Shown piece by piece: positions 39,237-47,860 of a DNA stretch of 64,000 nucleotides (positions are counted from its first letter, which is position 1; every line of letters begins with the position of its first letter). The translations under genes were made by a program, and so were the position numbers. Under the pieces are notes generated by a model that was not told the origin of the DNA, searched no databases, and saw only the letters and a list, made by a program, of their open reading frames with translations. This DNA comes from a virus, in the IMG/VR virus record IMGVR_UViG_3300036715_002570, positions 86,678 to 150,677 of that record; one strand, given 5' to 3'.

Positions 39237-39673
39237 TGAGAGAATTCTTCTACCGCACCGACTGGATCGGTGTTGCGATCGCGTTCGTGATCCTGTCCCT
39301 CTTCTTCACCACCGGAGCTGCTCAATGAAGATCAAGAAAGCCCTCACCCCCTTTGCATACGCCGTCCTGTTCGCGCTTGCGCTCGACGGGTTGATCGTGT
39401 GGGCGATCATCGAGGGCTGGGTCACCTACACGCAGGCTCACCCGTGAAGGGTTGGCTGGTTGAGCGCCCTGCTCCCAGCCGTTTTTATAACGATGCTCAA
39501 GGAGAGCTGAATGAAATGGTTCCTGCGTCTGTGGTTGATCTGGGCGTGCTTGTGTCTGGTCGGCAGCGGTCTGTGCGTCTACGCGGTGGTGCATTTCATC
39601 CAGAAGTTCTGGTGATCCGTTGACCCTCACCAGGAGTTAGGGTACACTACGTCCATCGTAGTGAGGAATCAAC

Positions 39674-40513
39674 ATGCACCTGACCGCTGAACTGAAGGCT
39701 CGTGTCACCGCGAAGATCAAGGACGGCATCGCTCGCGCTGAGAAGCGCTACGGCCGCACGTTTCCGATGCCGACGATCGGGTACGACCTGACCGGCCGCG
39801 TCGCTGGATACGCGAACTACATCAAGTGGCACATCCAGCTGAATGCTGACCTGCTGGTTCGCAACGTCGATGATTTCATCGCCCGCACTGTCCCGCATGA
39901 GCTTGCGCACTTGATCACCGACCGGGTGTATCCGGAGAACCACCGGAACAAGGGGATCACGATCACCCGCACCGGCCGCGTCAAGCGTGAGAAGCGAGAC
40001 ATCCACGGGACTGACTGGCAGAGCGTCTGCCTGGTGCTCGGGATGACCGATGTCACCCGCTGCCACAGCTACGACACGACTGAGACCAAGCGCGTTACGT
40101 CGCGTAGCCGGACGGTCGAATGGCAATGCCCGTGCGGTGCCAAGCTGATGCTGTCGCCGAAGATATCGGCAGAACTTGCAATCAACCCAGACTCGCGCTG
40201 GCACAAGTCGTGCCGGTGCCGTCGCCTGTTCCGTGCAGGTACCCAGCCCGCACCGACCTCGAACACGACGGTGCATGTTCGCCCGCAGCCGGCTCCGATT
40301 CTCCTGCCGAAGCCGACCCCGACGCCTGTGCTGTGCACCGCTGCAGCGGTGCAACAGGGCGCCAGCAAGATCGATGTCTGCTCTGCGCTGTACAAGGCTG
40401 CGCCTGTGGGTACGTCGCGCACCGCGATGATCGCACTGTTCGTCGCCAATGCGAACTGCACCCCCACGGGCGCGGCGACGTACTACCAGACGCTGAAGAA
40501 GAAGTTCAGTTGA
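39674..40513 (+). CDS. SprT-like zinc metalloprotease with C-terminal shared helical domain
   Basis: GRVAG.A, PHELAH, HG.DWQ, CHSY; SKIDVCSALY..CTPTGAATYYQTLKK. Confidence 0.85.
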   Translation: MHLTAELKARVTAKIKDGIARAEKRYGRTFPMPTIGYDLTGRVAGYANYIKWHIQLNADLLVRNVDDFIARTVPHELAHLITDRVYPENHRNKGITITRTGRVKREKRDIHGTDWQSVCLVLGMTDVTRCHSYDTTETKRVTSRSRTVEWQCPCGAKLMLSPKISAELAINPDSRWHKSCRCRRLFRAGTQPAPTSNTTVHVRPQPAPILLPKPTPTPVLCTAAAVQQGASKIDVCSALYKAAPVGTSRTAMIALFVANANCTPTGAATYYQTLKKKFS

Positions 40514-40627
40514 TCCAGAGAGCGGTTGCTCTTTGCACCGTTCTCTGCTGCTGTGAGCACCTGTAAGTTCGCCTCACAGTGCAGCCCGCACACCAGTGGA
40601 TGGTTGAGTGGGATGGTGTGATCAACT
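40508..40627 (+). ncRNA. candidate four-way-junction RNA element
   Basis: closing stem agttgatc/gatcaact enclosing three hairpins. Confidence 0.45.
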
Positions 40628-40658
40628 ACAATACAAATATTGAGGATGTGAGGCAACG

Positions 40659-40907
40659 ATGTCTGGATACGCTGGGGTTGATGATGATGCCCTACACGCG
40701 TTGATTCTCGCTGAAAACGGAATCAACGCGGCCAAATCAATGGTCGACGGACCTTCCCTGTCTGAATGTTTGGACTGTGGAGAATCGATCACTCCGAAAC
40801 GGATCCAAGCACTTGCAACGATCGGGATGCGGTGCATGTATTGCATTGACTGTCAACCGAAACACGACAAGCCGGGCGGCATCAAGATGCTCGATCGGAT
40901 CCTGTGA
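40659..40907 (+). CDS. DksA/TraR C4 zinc-finger protein
   Basis: CLDCGESI...R......CIDCQ. Confidence 0.85.
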   Translation: MSGYAGVDDDALHALILAENGINAAKSMVDGPSLSECLDCGESITPKRIQALATIGMRCMYCIDCQPKHDKPGGIKMLDRIL

Positions 40908-41144
40908 GGCGCTTGCCTTCCGGGGTGCTCTGGTTGCGGATCAACAGGTGGATCGCGCTTCCCTGGAAGACGACACAGACGCCGACGGCTGCGCTGAAGT
41001 TCAAGCCCGGATTGCCGCTCGTGACCGTGTGCTGTCCAAGTTGGTGAGATCCACTAGTAAACACCCACCCTCGATTACTCCATACCACTAGTAAACATTG
41101 GTGGTCTGGGTATCATACCGTCTTCACAACGCAAGGAGAGTGGG

Positions 41145-41363
41145 ATGAGCAACGTCGAGCTGGAGAACGTCTGATCGTCGACGTTCGCATCCCATGAGAC
41201 CGCATGCTTCCAGGCATCCGTTTACATCGACAACGCCGGGCATGGCGGTCCGAACCGTTACACACCGTGGGAGATCGAGAAGACGCTGACGGCGATCGCG
41301 AAGGCGACGATGCCGGTGCGGAAGTTCTCCGGGTTCGAGCTGGAGCCGAGTGCTGATCGGTGA
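41145..41363 (+). pseudogene. gene with in-frame TGA at codon 10
   Basis: MSNVELENV*SSTFASHETACFQASVYID...GHGG; good RBS. Confidence 0.6.
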
Positions 41364-41482
41364 CCTGTTCGATCGCATGTGGTTATTGTCTTCGCTTTTG
41401 GGTGAAAGGACAACGGCGTTGCCTCGTTGTCGGACAGCAGTGATTGGGGGTAGGATTCGTGCATCCGACCAAGGAGCCAGCC

Positions 41483-41779
41483 GTGAGCAAGATCAACTTG
41501 ATGTCGCCAGCCACCCTCGAGGCCGTCACTCACCTGGCGCGTTACGCTGACCAACTGATCAACGGCCCACAGCCGCTCGAGACACTGAAGGCGACGCTTG
41601 CGCAATGCAGGTTTACCAGCACGAAAAAGTTGGTTGGCATCGAAGGTGTTGACCTGATTAGTGGCGCTGCCCAGCTGCGGATCGAGTATACCTATCGCAG
41701 TATGGAAGACGGCTGCGAGAGGCGGGCGGTATTCTGGCTGAGCTACGAGTCGGGCAATTATGCCGGCTACGCGGCCTAA
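41483..41779 (+). CDS. hypothetical protein
   Basis: promoter + AAGGAG, GTG start. Confidence 0.65.
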   Translation: MSKINLMSPATLEAVTHLARYADQLINGPQPLETLKATLAQCRFTSTKKLVGIEGVDLISGAAQLRIEYTYRSMEDGCERRAVFWLSYESGNYAGYAA

Positions 41780-41851
41780 GGTCAACCGTTGTCTGAAGAG
41801 GTGGTCTAGGAGATACTGGACCACATCAGCAACCAACAGGAGCAAACTGCG

Positions 41852-42157
41852 ATGAGCACTCCCGATACCGTCAGCCAGATCACCCACACCGACGGCGGCA
41901 CGACGATCGTCGGTCCGGATGCGATGCTGTTCTACAAGGCCGCGCAACTGAAGGGCTTCATCGGCCTGTACATCAAGTGCGGCATGATCCCGACTCGCGG
42001 CGTGACGATCAGCAAGATGCTGAAGATGGCGACCGAGATCACCAAGAAGCCGTACAAGAACACCGACGACGGCCGCAGGCAGGCGGAAGCTGACCTGCAA
42101 ACGTGGGTCAACACGATGAAGGCCGCCCTGCCGATCGAGGACAAGCGGACGAAGTGA
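41852..42157 (+). CDS. hypothetical protein
   Basis: hairpin promoter + AGGAG. Confidence 0.75.
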   Translation: MSTPDTVSQITHTDGGTTIVGPDAMLFYKAAQLKGFIGLYIKCGMIPTRGVTISKMLKMATEITKKPYKNTDDGRRQAEADLQTWVNTMKAALPIEDKRTK

Positions 42158-42160
42158 CCC

Positions 42161-42202
42161 GTTGATGTGGCTGCTAGTTGGATGTATAGTAGCCACATCA
42201 AC
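42161..42202 (+). promoter_or_regulatory. hairpin promoter (type example)
   Basis: gttgatgtggctgcta / tagtagccacatcaac; TTGATG-N17-TATAGT. Confidence 0.8.
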
Positions 42203-42220
42203 AACTGAAGGAGCTCTGCA

Positions 42221-42583
42221 ATGAACGCCCAACAACTGCTGCTCGACGCCGCGAAGGACCTCGACAACGGCGCGGCCGTCCGCTCGTACTCGGGGCGCGG
42301 GATGTTCGGACGCAACTGCGTCGGGATCACCGGCACGCTGTCGGACTGCCAAGCGGTGGTCGCTGGCGCCCTGACTGCCGCGATGGAAGACCTGTTCACG
42401 TCGTCGATCGATACCGACGACAGCGACCGTGAAGCGTACAACAAGCGCGATCAAGTGGCAACGCTGATCGACCAGCTGACCAAGTTCTCGTGGGACAACA
42501 TGGGTTACGACGTCGTGCTGTACTTCCCGAACCTCAAGTGGGAAGAGGTTGAAGAGGAAGAGATCGACGACGTCGACGGCTGA
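42221..42583 (+). CDS. conserved phage protein (RSYSGRGM.G..C.GI type)
   Basis: motif + DNMG...VLYFP. Confidence 0.8.
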   Translation: MNAQQLLLDAAKDLDNGAAVRSYSGRGMFGRNCVGITGTLSDCQAVVAGALTAAMEDLFTSSIDTDDSDREAYNKRDQVATLIDQLTKFSWDNMGYDVVLYFPNLKWEEVEEEEIDDVDG

Positions 42584-42642
42584 CCAGTTGATCTGTGGTG
42601 CGTTTGGCTGTACGCTAGGCGCACCACAACTTGGAGTCTACT

Positions 42643-42936
42643 ATGCCGCACCGTGAATTGCTAACCCGAATGGCTGAACTGTCCGACGAGTCGTTGTACG
42701 AGCTGTTCGAGGGTGCTGCAGCAGAACTGGTGATCCGTAGCAACGCTGAAAACTTCGTTGACACGCACCTGGCTGTCGACGAGCCTGGCGACTTCTCGAC
42801 GTACGGTACCACGGAAGAAACCGTTCGAGCGGTGTTGGTGGACGGCATCGTGGAACTCGTTGCCAGCCGGCAGAAGACGATGGATCATGCAGCAATCATG
42901 AAGCGTTACGAGGAGCGCAACAAGAATGGCAACTAG
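42643..42936 (+). CDS. hypothetical protein
   Basis: hairpin promoter + GGAG. Confidence 0.7.
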   Translation: MPHRELLTRMAELSDESLYELFEGAAAELVIRSNAENFVDTHLAVDEPGDFSTYGTTEETVRAVLVDGIVELVASRQKTMDHAAIMKRYEERNKNGN

Positions 42937-43171
42937 CGTCAAGAACCCGATGCACCGCGTCGGGCAACCGTGGTTCAAGCGTTGCACACACTGCAACGAG
43001 CTGTTCACGTCGTTGGGGTTGTCGCGGCACTGGGACCACTGCAAGAGCCGCCCGGTCAATATGACGGTGCCACAGCAGCGTGAGCAGGAACGGCGCCGCC
43101 GCGAGATCCTGAAGTCGATGGCGGAGCTGGTGAAGATGCTGCCTTCGCGTGCGAAGGGGCGCCGCGTATGA
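42926..43171 (+). CDS. small zinc-finger-like protein
   Basis: CTHC...LSRHWDHC. Confidence 0.65.
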   Translation: MATSVKNPMHRVGQPWFKRCTHCNELFTSLGLSRHWDHCKSRPVNMTVPQQREQERRRREILKSMAELVKMLPSRAKGRRV

Positions 43172-43413
43172 CGTACGAGCTGCCGAACAACGAGGGGCGG
43201 CGGTATGAGAACACGAGTCGTGAGGACATGGCGCGCTACCTCGAGATCATGCGACAGTGCGCCCGGTATCGTCACTCGTCTCCGTCTGCAAGTCAACGGG
43301 CGAGACACTTCTACCACGAGCACACGTTCCGCCGTGCGTTCGTCACCAGCATCATCGAGTTGAGGCATCGTCTCCGCGGCAAGGTGGCCCTGTTGTCCAA
43401 CAGCGTGGTCTGA
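43168..43413 (+). CDS. hypothetical protein
   Basis: ATGA overlap. Confidence 0.6.
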   Translation: MTYELPNNEGRRYENTSREDMARYLEIMRQCARYRHSSPSASQRARHFYHEHTFRRAFVTSIIELRHRLRGKVALLSNSVV

Positions 43414-43457
43414 GGGATACTGGCTTCACTGATTCAACAACGCACGGAGAGATTCAA

Positions 43458-43979
43458 ATGCATGTCGACTTCGCAAACGAAGTGATCGCTGAACTGCTGC
43501 AAGACGTCAAGGGCACCAAGCTCCTGTCGATCGACATCAGCACCGAACCGACGCTGCTCGGCGGCAAGAAGAACCCGATGAAGGGCCACGTTCGCAAGAT
43601 CCAAGTGGGCGCGAACGTGATGGTTGCGGGCATGAAGAAGGGCAGCGTGTACGACAACATGGTGCGCCGCCGCCTTGCCGCTGAAGGCAAGGATCCGGAC
43701 GCGTTCGAACTGCAGGAGCGCAAGTGGGGCAAGCGCGTTGATGGCACGCCGTTCATCGAGAACAAGGGTGAGCTGTACCTCGAAGTGTTCTACGTCAAGC
43801 CTGGCAAGGTGCATTACGAGCACAACGGCAAGCAGATCGATCCTGCGTTCATCGAGGGCCTTCCGCCTGCCCGCGAAGAAGCCGAACAAGGTGGCCTCGA
43901 AGACAAGGTGATCATCCGCACGGTCAAGCTGGAAAACATCCTGGCGATGAACGTCAACGGCGGCCGCCACGAATTCTGA
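43458..43979 (+). CDS. conserved phage hypothetical protein
   Basis: KNP.KG, YDNMV.RRL..EGK, RKWG, G.LYL; terminator-like hairpin 43988-44010. Confidence 0.8.
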   Translation: MHVDFANEVIAELLQDVKGTKLLSIDISTEPTLLGGKKNPMKGHVRKIQVGANVMVAGMKKGSVYDNMVRRRLAAEGKDPDAFELQERKWGKRVDGTPFIENKGELYLEVFYVKPGKVHYEHNGKQIDPAFIEGLPPAREEAEQGGLEDKVIIRTVKLENILAMNVNGGRHEF

Positions 43980-44079
43980 AGTCAACAGGGAGGCCGAAAG
44001 GCCTTCCCTTCCGTATGGGCACTGTTGTGGTTATACGGAAGGGGCTGGATACTACGTCTACCGCATCAGAAAGCCAAGC

Positions 44080-44436
44080 GTGAAACCGACGAGCCTTTCC
44101 CCCAACGTCGACACGGACGCATGGACCAGCGAACAATGGGATGCAAGCATTGACGAGGGTGGTGACTTCACGATCGACGGCACGTGCTGGTCGGTGACGG
44201 GGATCGGCACGAAGGACGCTGACACGATCGCTCACCGTGGTACGGGTCTGAGGCTGTCGTACACGCTTCAATGGGGCAAACACCAGCTGATCGACCTGCC
44301 CGACAATCCGACGTGGATGGATCTCAACAAAGCGGCCGCTCAAGCAATCAAGCAAAGCGGCGACCGCCACCACATCTTTATCGAAGACTTCAGGCTCGTC
44401 AACGAGCACATGATCGACCTGATCACCGGCAGCTGA
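44080..44436 (+). CDS. hypothetical protein
   Basis: TW.DL..AA..AI.QSGD.HHIFIE. Confidence 0.7.
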   Translation: MKPTSLSPNVDTDAWTSEQWDASIDEGGDFTIDGTCWSVTGIGTKDADTIAHRGTGLRLSYTLQWGKHQLIDLPDNPTWMDLNKAAAQAIKQSGDRHHIFIEDFRLVNEHMIDLITGS

Positions 44437-44439
44437 CCT

Positions 44440-44481
44440 GTTGATGTGGCTACTGATTGGTAGTACAGTAGCCACATCAAC
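44440..44481 (+). promoter_or_regulatory. hairpin promoter with perfect 16-bp stem
   Basis: gttgatgtggctactg / cagtagccacatcaac; TTGATG-N17-TACAGT. Confidence 0.8.
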
Positions 44482-44496
44482 TACTGAGGAGTCCAC

Positions 44497-44736
44497 ATGC
44501 ACACCGATCTGCTGAGCCGCTTTCCGAAGGTCGAGGCGCTGATCACCGACATCCAGGCGGCGAACGTCGGCCAGACGACCGACTCGGTGATCAGCGACAT
44601 CCGTGAGGTGTTCGATCGTGAGGGGCCGTACCAGTACGCCAAGCGATTCGGCCTGCTGGTCAACAACAGCGGCGAAGAGTTCGCGGTCCAGTGGATGAGC
44701 TTCTACAACGAGTATTCCGGCTCGCTGACGTACTGA
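44497..44736 (+). CDS. hypothetical protein
   Basis: GAGGAG RBS. Confidence 0.7.
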   Translation: MHTDLLSRFPKVEALITDIQAANVGQTTDSVISDIREVFDREGPYQYAKRFGLLVNNSGEEFAVQWMSFYNEYSGSLTY

Positions 44737-44793
44737 CCCGTTGATCGTTGGTGCGTTTGGTCTGATACTAGACGCACCAACTGGAGACCAAGC

Positions 44794-45021
44794 ATGAACC
44801 AGACCAGCATCCACTATCGCACCGACCAGCCTCGGCTTAGCGTCTCCTCTCCCGTCAACGCTGAAGGGGACAGCCGTGAGATGGAGATCGGCCAAGCGGA
44901 GTCCGCGAGCGAGGCGGCGTTCTGGCACAGCATCGGCTATGCGGTCCACGTCGCACAGTGGAACGGCCGGTACTTCGCCGATCGCCAGACGATCTTCCCT
45001 GACCAACCGCTGGAGGGCTGA
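44794..45021 (+). CDS. hypothetical protein
   Basis: hairpin promoter + GGAG. Confidence 0.7.
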   Translation: MNQTSIHYRTDQPRLSVSSPVNAEGDSREMEIGQAESASEAAFWHSIGYAVHVAQWNGRYFADRQTIFPDQPLEG

Positions 45022-45181
45022 GGTGGCCTCGACTGCGCAATACACCTGCGGCCGGTGTGGTGGGCTGTTCACCGCTCGGACCGCGGGCGTCGTCAGCTGG
45101 ATCACCTGGCGCAGGATCCCGTGATGTGACCACTCTTCGTGATCTGTACCGACGGGGACGGCCGCTCGCGATCGCCAAGTG

Positions 45182-45286
45182 GCTGAGCCGAGCCGAGCTG
45201 CGCTGAGCCGAGCCGAGCTGCGCTGAGCTGATCTGCCATGAGCTGAGCTGAGCTGAGCTGAGCTGAGCTGAGCTGATCTGCCATGA
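45182..45286. repeat. pentanucleotide microsatellite (GAGCT/GAGCC)n
   Basis: (gagct)7 at 45240-45274 plus degenerate units. Confidence 0.95.
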
Positions 45287-45422
45287 TCGGACTGGATCGC
45301 CAATTTGGCTGGCCGGTCGAGCTTGGCAGGGACGGCCGCCCAGCTGTACATGATCTGCAGCCGGATCCTGTTGCCCTCAGCGTGAGGCTGTGCTATAGTA
45401 ACCACATCAACTGGAGACCTCA

Positions 45423-45905
45423 ATGACGCGACCGAACTTCTGGACTGGTGCCCACCCGTTGACAACGACGCAGCGCGAGCTGTTCGACAAGCTGGTGCCG
45501 GTGAACGGGGCAGCGGAGACGCTGCAAGGTGAGCTGCTGCACGCCGCGAACAAGATCAGCTACGACTGGTACAACAACGGCTGGGGCTGCAACAACTGGT
45601 CCGGCGCCGTTGTGTTCCTCCGCGACAGCATCAACCTGCTGCCGAACAGGATCTCTGTTGGAGAGTTGATCCGCTTGAACGGGGCACTGCGGTTTGCTAA
45701 CAACTACTCACATGGCGAGCAGACGTTCGGCCTGGCTGACCGGGAAGCGGCCAACACCGTGACCGACATCATGGAGATCGTCGTCCAAGCGATCATCAAC
45801 AATCCGGAGCCGATCGTCAACATCGATGACATGTACAACCACTCGGAGCCGGACTACCAAGGGCATGATGATGAGGACTACGACGAGGACTACGACGAGG
45901 ACTGA
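45423..45905 (+). CDS. conserved phage protein (LVP..G.A.T.QGELL...I.YD.YNNG type)
   Basis: motif, promoter + GGAG. Confidence 0.75.
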   Translation: MTRPNFWTGAHPLTTTQRELFDKLVPVNGAAETLQGELLHAANKISYDWYNNGWGCNNWSGAVVFLRDSINLLPNRISVGELIRLNGALRFANNYSHGEQTFGLADREAANTVTDIMEIVVQAIINNPEPIVNIDDMYNHSEPDYQGHDDEDYDEDYDED

Positions 45906-45961
45906 CCCGTTGATCCGATGTGGATGCTGATGTATAGTAGCCACATCAACTGGAGACCAAC

Positions 45962-46276
45962 ATGCAACTGCGACTGACCCCGTTCTCGTCCAAGCTGTTC
46001 TCGTGCAACCGAAAGCGCGGCCTGTTGGTTGCTGAGCTGAGCGACCTTGGGGTCCGCCCCGGCAACTCGCCGCTCAGCCAGCTGTACGACGACGCTGCTG
46101 ATGTCGGCCTGGCGATCCGCAGCGACGAGACTGGTGTCACGACCGTGTGGCACTGGTCGCACGACGTGATCAACGCGGACGATGAGGTTGAGGTGATGAT
46201 CTTCCGCCCGACTCACGAGACGGTGCGGAGCAACCCGCAGCTGGATGGTTACGAGCTGCACCTGATCAACGACTGA
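45962..46276 (+). CDS. hypothetical protein
   Basis: hairpin promoter + GGAG. Confidence 0.75.
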   Translation: MQLRLTPFSSKLFSCNRKRGLLVAELSDLGVRPGNSPLSQLYDDAADVGLAIRSDETGVTTVWHWSHDVINADDEVEVMIFRPTHETVRSNPQLDGYELHLIND

Positions 46277-46396
46277 GGTGATGATGACTACATACCAACG
46301 AACCAATTTCGGCAACCGGATCCGTCCGATCGTGCGGCGTGTCCGTGAGCTGCTGCTCGACGTCGTGATCTTTGTCGCCGGCCACTGAACACAATT

Positions 46397-46630
46397 ATGG
46401 ACCACGACGACTTCCTCAAGCACACGTTCTCGTGGGTCCTCAGCAAGTGCGTCGAGTTGAACTAGCAAGCCAAGCAGTTCTCCGAGTTCGTCAACCGGAC
46501 GCACACCGTTGTGTATTGGTACCTGCAGGGCCAGCAGACGCTCAACGGCTCGTGCTCCGACATGGTGTGGCACGTTTGCGATCGAGGCGAAGCACGTGTT
46601 CAGCTCCCACCTGCCAGCGCGCTAAAGTAA
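46397..46630 (+). pseudogene. ORF with in-frame TAG at 46463
   Basis: MDHDDFLKH...VELN*QAKQFSEF. Confidence 0.45.
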
Positions 46631-46688
46631 ACGGTTGACCCTAACCCGGAGTGCTGGGATAGTACTCCCATCGCAACCGGAGACCAAC

Positions 46689-47102
46689 ATGCTGTCGACC
46701 ACCAACCTGCTGAGCGCAATCCGCACTGCCGACGTCACGCCGAGCCGGCGCCTGTTCATCCTGAACAAGGTGCTCGGCGACCGGATCGAGGAGCTGCACA
46801 ACCAGACGCAAGCGCGGATCCGCATGCACCGGCAGATCGCCGAGCTGCAAGAGGAAGGATCGATCGCAGTGATGTGGTCCGGCCGTGACTGCGATGGCGT
46901 CCAGTACAGCGGCAGCATGCGGATGGTCGCAGCGGATCCTGCTTCGGTGATCCGCCACATCGACGAGACGTACGAGTGGGCGGATGGCCCGTGCAGCTGG
47001 ACGCTGATGCGCCCAAGCGAGGCGATCAAGGTGCTGTACCAGTCGCGCGACCTGACGCTGGAGGCGTTCGAGGACGGCCACCCGCACGGGCTGTACGCTT
47101 GA
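46689..47102 (+). CDS. hypothetical protein (GRDCD...WADGP)
   Basis: hairpin promoter + GGAG. Confidence 0.75.
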   Translation: MLSTTNLLSAIRTADVTPSRRLFILNKVLGDRIEELHNQTQARIRMHRQIAELQEEGSIAVMWSGRDCDGVQYSGSMRMVAADPASVIRHIDETYEWADGPCSWTLMRPSEAIKVLYQSRDLTLEAFEDGHPHGLYA

Positions 47103-47127
47103 CGGGTCACAGGGAAGGAGCAACAAG

Positions 47128-47427
47128 ATGCAAGCACTGTCTGCATACCTCGGTGCGATCGCGGACGCCGGCTACACGCTGGAGACGCACCCGTTCGACA
47201 TCGCGATGACTGCGGAATGGAACAACAAGCACCGGTTCAAGGTCACCCGCAACGTCCGCCCGTTCGCAACGAACCAGCACGTGATCAACCAGCTGCACGG
47301 CGCGATCGACAGCCTGAACGAAGCGCTGCGGGAGAACGACTATTCGTGGACTGGTCGGACGGACACGCACATCAAGAACGCCCAGCGGAAGATCACCGAT
47401 GTGATGGTGCAGCTCGCACGGGGATAG
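47128..47427 (+). CDS. hypothetical protein
   Basis: AAGGAG RBS. Confidence 0.7.
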   Translation: MQALSAYLGAIADAGYTLETHPFDIAMTAEWNNKHRFKVTRNVRPFATNQHVINQLHGAIDSLNEALRENDYSWTGRTDTHIKNAQRKITDVMVQLARG

Positions 47428-47430
47428 CAG

Positions 47431-47787
47431 ATGCCATACAGGATGACAACCAAGGATGTGCCGGAGTACATCAACGGTGTTGCGTCACCGGACCGGCAGC
47501 TCGCCGCTCTTGTTGATCAGCAGCTTGGTGGGTGGCCTGTTGCTGCACTGACGCTGTGGCGGTTTGATCTGGCTGTGAACGGTCCAACGACGTACCAGTT
47601 CGCCGACGAGCGGGGGACGTCGCTCAATGGCAGCCGGTCGTTCAGTGCAAGCGTCGGGTGGTCGAAGGTGATGACCCGGGACCAGTACTACCTGCTGAGG
47701 CTGAGCCCGGCAGCGCGCCAGCAGATTGAGTGCGACGGGATCAAGCGGGCTCTGAACGACGCGTATGGACGCCTCGGGGGGCGTTAA
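47431..47787 (+). CDS. hypothetical protein
   Basis: contiguous ORF. Confidence 0.65.
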   Translation: MPYRMTTKDVPEYINGVASPDRQLAALVDQQLGGWPVAALTLWRFDLAVNGPTTYQFADERGTSLNGSRSFSASVGWSKVMTRDQYYLLRLSPAARQQIECDGIKRALNDAYGRLGGR

Positions 47788-47860
47788 CCTAATAGCGAGT
47801 CGGTTGATCATTAAATGGGTCACATAGACAGTATACCTTATCACTACGTATGAGGTATAG

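Noticed and set aside
32511-45465. Long minus-strand ORFs (32511-34205, 37136-38413, 41258-42454, 43954-45465; also 13458-14708, 14914-15966)
   Set aside because: Antisense shadows of GC3-biased plus-strand genes that have their own promoters and RBSs.
42161-45950. Integron attC cassette array
   Set aside because: Arms run GTT...AAC rather than RYYYAAC...GTTRRRY, no clear extrahelical bases, no integrase in the window; the sites fit promoters.
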